DNA of 64,000 nucleotides from the human T2T-CHM13v2.0 reference genome, Homo sapiens: NCBI RefSeq assembly GCF_009914755.1, contig NC_060927.1; one strand, given 5' to 3'. Shown piece by piece: positions 45,854 to 64,000 of the stretch (the first letter of the stretch is position 1; each line of letters opens with the position of its first letter). The notes under the pieces were generated by a model that was not told the origin of the DNA, did not search any database, and saw only the letters and a list, made by a program, of their open reading frames with translations. The position numbers and the translations under genes are program-made.

Positions 45854-46181
<328 letters not shown>

Positions 46182-47244
46182 TTACCTAGTCTCTTTACTC
46201 TCCTTTAATTTGGACAGTTCTTCAGTCATTGTTTGTTTTTCATGACATTGATGTTGATTACTACGGGCTATTTATTTGGTAGAATGCCATTGAATATGAG
46301 TTTGATGTTTTCGTATGATTAGATTTATGTGCTGTATTGTCTTGCAGGAATGCCACAGAGGTTATAATTGTGGTCAGATAATGTGCATTGTGTCTGGAAG
46401 CACTTGTTGATTGGTCCCATTATTGGTGATGTTAACTTTGCTCCCTTGGTTAAGACAGTGTGTCAGTATGTATCAGGTTTCTTCATTGTAAAATTACTAA
46501 GTATCTCTTGGGGAGATACTTTGAAACTATGTAGATGCTCTGTTACCCATCAAAATTTCAACCACGAGTTTTAGTATCTAGTGTTGAGTCTTGCTTGGAT
46601 TATTATTAGGGTTGACAAGCGGTGATTCTGATTTAATCATTTCTTTTATATTTATTAGTTGACTTTCTACTGTAAGAGCTTTCCCTTCATCCCATGTATT
46701 GTATCACTGTGGACAAATGGATTCTTTTTTTTTTTTCCTTTGTTTGTTTTATGATGGAGTCTTGCTCAGTCTGGCTCTGTCACTCTGAACCACGTTGGCC
46801 AGGCTGGTCTCAAACTCCTGACCTCAGGTGATCCGCCCACCTTGGCCTCCCAAAGTGCTGCGTGAGCCACCACTCCTGGCCTGGATTCCTATTGTATTTA
46901 AAGTGACATCAATGTTTACTATTAGTAAGTATTTTGATGCTCAAATTGTCTCAGATTTGGCCAGCAACAGCCCCTTCAAGCTGGCACGTGTGAACTTCTG
47001 TTACTATTTTAGGTTTGTACTTTATCTGCCTTGCCTATAATCAACCACTTATCCAAGGAGTCTAGGTACTTTTTAGTATTTATAAACCAAGATCTGCATG
47101 CTACATATGCTCACTGCTACAGGAATATCATTGATTCTACACCCTCTTAGTTGAAGGAGGTAGGTAATAGATTATATACATAAACACACACATAGACCTA
47201 CACCTGTCTATTCTGGCTAGTGCTGTATTAAAAATCACAAGTTT

Positions 47245-48937
<1,693 letters not shown>

Positions 48938-48949
48938 TTTCCTGTTTCT

Positions 48950-50310
48950 TTTTACACAAATGAACATATACATGCATATTTCCTCCTTTCCTACAAAAAT
49001 GGTAGCATATTGCCAATACTCTTTTCCACTTTGTTTTCTTCCTTTAACAAGAGATCTTGTATCAGTTCATAGAAATCTTTCTCCTTTTTTAAACAGCTGC
49101 ATAATACTCATATGCCATATATATGGGCATGTCAGTGACTTCCAATATATTGTAATTTTACAAAAATGATGCTATGAATAACCTAGTATGTATGTATTGT
49201 TGGAGGTTTATCTTCAGGGTAAATTCCTAGGAGTAAGGTTGCTAGGTCAAAAAATAATACATGTGCACTGTGCGTGTGTATGTGTGTTAAATATTTATTG
49301 TGAAATTCTCCATAGAGATTATACCAGCTTGCATTCCACCAGCACTGTATGAGTGCCTGTTTCCCAACAGCCTGCCAACAAACTCTGTGATTACGCTTTT
49401 TACTTTTTGCCAATCTGATAAGTGAGAAATTGTATCTCAGTGTAGTTTTAATTTGTAATTCTCTCATTATGAGTGAAAACGAACTTTTTTTTCATGTGTT
49501 TAAAGATCATCTTTTTTGTTGTTGTTGGGGATACATTCTCTGTTCATGTCTTTTGCCCATTCTTCTATTGAAGAGTTTTGATCTATTTTTCTTCTCAACT
49601 TTTATGGTTATTTAAATATTATGGATGTAAGGTTTTTATCTGAGATACGTGTTACAAATATTTTCTCCCAGGTTTTAATTGTCTTTTTACATTGTTCATG
49701 GTGTTTCTTCCTATGCAAAAGGTTTTACTTTTATGTAGTCAAGTTTATCAATCTTTTATTTCATTTTATTTAATTTTGAGTTATAGTTAGAATGCTTTCC
49801 CCTACCCCAGATTAAAGAGAAATTTACTCATTTTAAAAATAGTATGTGTATGGTGATAGATAGATACATAAATAGATAGGTAGGTAGGTAGGTAGATCGA
49901 TCGATTCTTTTTTTTTTTTTTTGATCGATTCTTGATCCACTTGGAATTTGTTCTTGTCGATGGTATGAGGTATGGATCTCCTTTTACCTTTTTCTTCTAA
50001 GTACCTAATTGTTCCAGTACCATTTATTTTAAAAATCCTTTTGGCCCAGGTGTTTTGAGACACCATCTTTATTACATACTAAAGTTCCATATGTACTTGG
50101 TCCTACTTCTGGACTTTCTTTTCTACTGGTCTATCCATATTACCATACTCTACTGTTGTAAAGGCTTTATGGTATGTTTTCATGTCTGGTAGGCCAAGTC
50201 CCCCTTGTGACTTTTTTCTTTTCTTAGTATTTTCCTGGCTATTCTTGTATGTTTGCCTTTCTGTATGAAGTTTAGTATCAGTTTCTTAAGCTCCATAAAA
50301 AGGTTGTTGG
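48950..50310 (-). mobile_element. Old L1M fragment (ORF2 3' part) with (TAGA/TAGG)n at ~49855-49897
   Basis: Reverse translation RELQIKTTLRY...IRLAK resembles the L1 ORF2 C-terminus. Confidence 0.75.
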
Positions 50311-50311
50311 T

Positions 50312-50940
<629 letters not shown>

Positions 50941-51077
50941 ACCTTTGTGCGATTGACTTGATGGGAAGTTAACAGATAATGGCTAAAATTGAAAAATCTA
51001 AGAATGGCATAAGCAAATTAGTTAGAAATACATAGATAAATACCTAAAGAAGAAAGAGCTTCAAAAGTGAGGAGACT

Positions 51078-51415
51078 TTATTTTTTATTTTTATTTTATT
51101 TTATTTTATTTTATTTTTTGAGATGGAGTTTTGCACTGTCACCTGGGCTGGAGTGCAATGGCGCGATCTCGGCTCACTGAATTCTCTGCCTCCTGGGTTC
51201 AAGTGATTCTCCTGCCTCACCTCCCAAGTAGCTGGGATTACAGGCACACACCACCAAACCCGGCTTTTTTTTTTTTTTTTTTTTTTTTGTATTTTTAGTA
51301 GAGACGAGGTTTCACTAAGTTGGCCATGATGGTCTTAAACTCCTGACCTCATGATCCACCCACCTTGGCCTCCCAAAGTGCTAGTATTACAGGCGTGAGC
51401 CACTGCGCCCAGCCA
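51078..51415 (-). mobile_element. Alu with (TTTTA)n tail
   Basis: TSD TGAGGAGACTTT. Confidence 0.9.
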
Positions 51416-51529
51416 AATGAGGAGACTTTCTTTAAAAAAATAAGGCTTTTAGTACATGTATTAGTCAGGCTCCTGGTAGGAAACAGATGGCTAACTTAAT
51501 CAGGGTGATTAAAAATCTCATAGAAGTAT

Positions 51530-52721
<1,192 letters not shown>

Positions 52722-53189
52722 CTGTTTAGAAGTGTGGGTGGGCTTAAGGGACATAAACATGGGTTGGTGAAGCACCCTGCCACTAGAGCCACAGGGAGCA
52801 GTTTCAACTCCTTGGCCTAAAGGGTGACAAGAAGTACAGCTTAATGGAACAAAAAAAGCTATGGAAGAGGACTACCCAATAGAAATCATGGACTTGAGTA
52901 GAACGTAAGTCACTACTTAGTGCAGCATGACAGGTTGGGAACTGCAGAATAAACATTATCTTACTCTCCTCCCATTCCTGCCAGGGGCCCCTAATGGCTA
53001 AACTGAAGCAGAGGTGGAGAGCAAGGAAGCCTATTGGTGCCATTTATAATGAGCAGCTTCCAGAAACAGTAGGGCAGGAAGGGGTAGAGAGTGAATTTGC
53101 AGGTTCACATGGAAGAAATCCAAGCAGTACTATAATGCATTTAAATATATAAATGTACAGCCATAATAAAACAAAAAACAGTGGAGAAG

Positions 53190-54877
<1,688 letters not shown>

Positions 54878-55489
54878 TCATATTCCAGGGTCCCGCTCCT
54901 GGGGTCATCTAGACTTAAGGAACCCAGAAGTCTGTGTTTTTACTAGTGCCCCACACAATCCTGGCAGGTGATTCATAGACCATATTTGAGAAGTTATGGT
55001 GGAACCAAGTGTGCCCAGACTTGCTAAACATTGAGCATTGGAGAGTGGGGACAGAAAGGAAACTTGGGTTTGGGTTGTAAGCTGACTCATGGAAGGTACA
55101 GCCCATCTTTTCCTCATGGGTACTCTGGGCTTAAACTGTGAGGAATTTTACAGCATCTCAGACCAGAGACGACTTTGTGGTGGGCCTTAGAGAATGATCA
55201 AGGCAACATGTTCTAAGGTCTTGATGGCAGAAGCACCAGGAGCCTATTGTTTAATAATTAAATGTCTATTATTGGGACAGTGGCCTGTCAAACTCGGCAT
55301 GTAAGTAAACACCCCCTCCCTGCCCACAGACCATGGGAGTTTCATCTTTAGTTCATGGCTTCTAATTTATACTGTACTTGACTTCCCTGACGTTCTATCC
55401 CTTCTCCATGCTTCTTGCCTCCTCCCATTATACACTGCTCCTCTGAGAAAGGAAGACATAGTGAAAAGTGCTGTAATGAAGCCAGCAGT

Positions 55490-55790
55490 CCTAACATTAA
55501 GTTCTCTTTCACTTACTAGCTGTGTGACTTTAGTAAAGTTACTTAGCCTCTCTGAGCCTTGATTCTCTTTTGTAAAAGGAGAATAATACCTACCTCATTA
55601 AATTGCTATAAGAGTTAGAAATGCCAGATGGGGCACAGTGGCTCATGCCTATAATCTTAGCACTTTGGGAGGCCAAGGCAGGATTGCTTGAAGCCAGGAG
55701 TTCAAGACCAGCCTAAGCAAAAAAGCAAGACGCTGTCTCTAAAAAGAGAGATGTTTTATGTCAAGTACCTGGCACAATACTTGTCACTCA
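55490..55790 (+). mobile_element. MIR interrupted by an Alu monomer (55623-55745)
   Basis: CACTTACTAGCTGTGTGAC...CTCTCTGAGCCT...AATAATACCTACCTCAT core. Confidence 0.75.
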
Positions 55791-56552
55791 GTAGGTGGCA
55801 GGTGGGGATATCACTGCCCTACTGCAGACTGGGGCTTTCCCTCCTCCTGCTGAGGTTCTTGACTCAGAGCACTTCAGCATTGCTACAATGGGAGTTGCTC
55901 TCTTGGCAATTACTTGAAAGTTTCTAGACAAAGTTGGAAAGGACTTTCGCAGTCATCTGGTCCATCTGGCCCAGTGGATGCAGGAGATCCTGGCACAGGC
56001 CTCATGACAGATGGGCACCCCAACTCTGCAAGTACCAATGGAGAGCTCCCTCCTGAAGCTGACTGTCATCGGAAGATTCGTTGATTGGAAGAAAGCTTTT
56101 CCTTGAATTGATCTGAAATCATTTCCCCACTAATTATAGACTCAAAACCAGTTACAGCTAAAAGACATCTTCAAGATCTTCAAACCCACCCACTGATTTT
56201 ATGAATGAGGACTTGGAGGCTCAGGGAAGTAGGGTGAGGTGCTGTTCACGCAGAGCTAAGCAGACCAGTGTCTCCTTCAATGTCACTGATTCACATGGCC
56301 TCTCAGTTCTTACAGTGTCTCCCCCACCCACATTCCCTCAACTTTCCTCCCACGAACCAGGATCCACTCTTCACTCCTCTGATTACCCACCTTTGCATAT
56401 GCAAGTTTGTGATGCCAAGAACTATGCATAATTCTTACCGTGATCTGGCCCTAGCAGAGCAAAATGGGACTATTTGAGAGTTAGAGCTGGGGCAAGATAG
56501 GAATTAGACCTGGAAAGGTCAAGAACTTAAACTACACAAAAGCAGCAGGTTA

Positions 56553-56856
56553 GTCGGGCTCAGTGGCTCACACCTGTAATCCCAGCACTTTGAGAGGCCA
56601 ATGGGGGACGATCACCTGAGGTCAAGAATTCGAGACCAGCCTGGCCAACATGGTGAAACCCCAACTCTACTAAAAATACAAAAATTAGCGGGGTATGGTG
56701 GTGGCCACCTGTAATCTCAGCTACATGGGAGGCTGAGGCAGGAGAATCTCTTGAACTCAGGAGACGGAGGTTGCCGTGAGCTGAGATCACACCATTGCAC
56801 TCCAGCCTGGATGACAAGAGTGAGACTCTGTCTCAACAACAACAACAACAACAAAA
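56553..56856 (+). mobile_element. Alu with (AAC)n tail
   Basis: Dimeric Alu. Confidence 0.9.
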
Positions 56857-57823
56857 AGCCGCAGGTTCCTTATAGAAATGTGGGTGGTTGTGGTTGTTTA
56901 GTTGTATTCAGCTCCTCTTCACTGACCTCTTAGAATTTGTTGTAGACACTTTTGAAACATCTCTAACAGGCCCAAGGAAGGTACTCAGTGAAATTTGCTA
57001 AGTTAACATAAATTTAATTTTAACTTTTTTTCTACCGAATTTAAAAGGAAGGGGTGGAGATAGAAGAAAGTGTCAAAGAAGAAATTGACCTGTTGTCTCA
57101 AAACCAGTTGTAAATTTGTAATTTTGCCTAAATGAAGAGTGGGACCTCACACATGATTTTAAAATAAACCCAAGCAAAATTTCTGTAAGTCTAGTGTTGG
57201 CATTTTCTGGAAATGTTAATAGAGATCACACAATAAAGAATTGCCTGGTCTAAGATACAATAAAAATTGTGAGACCTTTTGTTCAAAGCCATTCAGAGAA
57301 ATTATCTTGGAGATTCTCACATTTCTGAAAGGAGGAAGGAGGGGGCATGGCTGAGAAGATTGCCGTATTATTCAACTGAACAATCCTCAGGGAAGGTATG
57401 TGTTTTATGAAATTGCTGTCACTGTCAACATATTTAGCAATATGGCACTGCCTCAGTAGTTTTTTAAGACCAATATTACATCTAGTTATTGGATTTTGAG
57501 ACTTTCTAATAGTTGGCATTATTAGAATGGAGAGACTAAATGTTAGTTTTAATAGGAGTTATCCATGTATCTATCCCAGGTACATCTGGTGTGGTTTTTT
57601 AAAATTTATCTGTAATTTGTTTCATTTTTAGACAAATTAGATATATGCTCTCCTAGATAAAAATTTATAAAAATCTCATTCCTTTATATGAAAGACATCT
57701 TTAGCACTCACACCAGAAGTGATCTCAGAAGCAGCTGATCTGATTAGCTAATTCTTGCCAAAAGAACAACCAAATAAGTACCACACCAAAAGTAAAATTG
57801 TTGTTTTTGTCAGAAGTTTTCCA

Positions 57824-58387
<564 letters not shown>

Positions 58388-58649
58388 AGGGGAAAAAATC
58401 TTGTTGATTTCTTAAATAGTATTTATCTTACGGTGAAGCCTTTTTTCTGTGATAAGCCATCATCAAATTAATAATGGAAGTTAGTGGGAAATGATTCCAT
58501 TTTAAAATTAGCATTATTCCCAACTGTTTACGCTTTTTATTATATATGTCTTTTCTGAGAGAAGGAGGAGACGTATGGATGGGTAATCTACAAGGTCTAT
58601 GATGCTATTCAAGTCAGCACTTCTCTGATCTTTAAAAAATCCAGCAGTA

Positions 58650-58765
58650 CCTAATGCTAAATGACGAGTTAATGGGTGCAGCACACCAGCATGACACATG
58701 TATACATATGTAACTAACCTGCACATTGTGCACATGTACCCTAAAACTTAAAGTATAATAATAAA
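58650..58765 (+). mobile_element. Very short young L1 3' end (L1PA2/PA3-like)
   Basis: CCTAATGCTAAATGACGAGTTAATGGGTGCAGCACACCAGC...AAACTTAAAGTATAAT; 16-bp TSD AAAAAATCCAGCAGTA. Confidence 0.92.
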
Positions 58766-58979
58766 AAAAAATCCAGCAGTAAGGAATTTTGATAGTCTAA
58801 CTCAGTTACTCCTAAAAGCTATTGCCAAAAACAAAAGGAATAAAGAATGGTGACAAAGATTCTGCTTTTGATAACAGACTAAAGCAGGCTGTCTGAGGTA
58901 AGTTATTAACTCATATCAGAAACAAAAGAGTGGCACAGCTTTAGAAATAGAAAACCTGGATTCTGGTCCTCACTGCTTC

Positions 58980-59248
58980 TTTTTTTTTTTTTTTTTTTGT
59001 GGTGGAGTCTTGCTCTGTCACCCAGGCTGGCTCCGCCTCCCGGGTTCACGCCATTCTCCTGCCTCAGCCTCCCGAGTAGCTGGGACTACAGGCGCCCACC
59101 ACCACGCTCAGCTAATTTTTTGTATTTTTAGTAGAGACGGGGTTTCACTGTGTTAGCCAGGATGGTCTACGATCTCCTGACCTCGTGATCCACCCACCTC
59201 AGCCTCCCAAAGTGTTGGGATTACAGGCGTGAGCCATGGCGCCCGGCC
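58980..59248 (-). mobile_element. AluY with ~30-bp internal deletion
   Basis: CAGGCTGG joins directly to CTCCGCCTCC. Confidence 0.9.
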
Positions 59249-60170
59249 TCTCACTTCTTTACCCTATGGCCTTGGGGTAATTTGTTTAATCTCTGTGCGG
59301 AAATCACTTGCTGCAGGCAAAGTGCTGGATCTGATCATCTTTTGGGGGTGTCTTTTAGTGGTAAGATCTATTACCAGAATTCTTGGGAAAGTAGCTGTCT
59401 TTGTTTCAGGAAATACCATGATAAACCCCGAGGGCATAAGAACTGGCTAAGGCTCAGGAACCAAAAAAAGGCCGAAAGGCTGCACTTGTAGAAGCAGGAA
59501 ATTAATTTTTCTTGGGGGTCAGAGGTGGGGGAAGGTGTTCCCTATAGGGTGAAGGAGTGAGGAGAGGGGAAGGGAGGGCTAGAAAATTGTTGGGCTAAGG
59601 GCCCTGCATGAAATAAAGATCAGTGAGAAACCTCCAGGACGGAACGATCAAAAGGACTCTTGAGAACAAGAAAGCCTAAAATGCAATTTTACGTGGTTTG
59701 TGGTGTAATGGGCAATGTGACCCTTCCCCGTGACCCCTACATCTTAGTGAACTTGAATACACTAACGTGCTGTTTCAATGGGGGTTTATTGAAAGAGGAG
59801 TAAGGAACCGTATGGACACACTGCAAAACGAACACAGCCTCAGAAAAGCTGGAGCCAGGGCTCAGAGAGGCCCTCCGCAACGCAGGCTCTCCTGAATCAG
59901 CAGAGGGTTTGGTAGGATTTCCAATCAGACATGAAGGGTCCCGGGGAGCCCGGCTGCCATTTGGATTGCCCCAGTGATGGAGCGTCTGCAGGCTGCCTGC
60001 CCTCTGAGCCCCTCTGCTAGCTTCCTTTTCCGGGTTTTTGTCCTTTTCACATTAGTGACAATTTAAGGGGTGACTTCAGAGTCTGCTAGGATCACCTCTA
60101 GCTCCACTATTTTGGTTTGAACATAAAGCATTTTCCTTTCATGTTGTTTTGCCCCTCAATGGGTTTCTGA

Positions 60171-64000
<3,830 letters not shown>

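Overview
Primate (human or very close great-ape) genomic DNA containing the 5' end of IGF2BP2 (IMP2) on the minus strand. Coding exon 1 is at 36496-36673 and exon 2 at 34866-34926, both in or beside a ~3.4 kb CpG island. An alternative short-isoform exon lies at 32725-32774. Positions 1-34865 are the first ~35 kb of the large intron 2, the type-2-diabetes GWAS region. Positions ~38400-64000 are upstream intergenic DNA. Both ends of the window are dense in Alu, L1, LTR and DNA-transposon remnants, while ~22.6-40.4 kb has no recognisable Alu. Nearly all ORFs in the supplied track are Alu/L1 or CpG-island artefacts. I see no convincing wholly new biological system. The best leads are: (i) a possible splicing/translation control layer around the RRM1-less isoforms (dual-use alternative/poison exon, recursive-splice-type exon 2, paired overlapping uORFs); (ii) two independent Alu insertions at the same homologous site of two neighbouring L1s; (iii) a 54-55 bp inverted duplication at the end of an Alu; (iv) a THE1 LTR with a DUX4 motif pointing at the gene; (v) a tandem repeat that creates p53 half-sites. 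Repeat boundaries are approximate and subfamily calls were made by eye.
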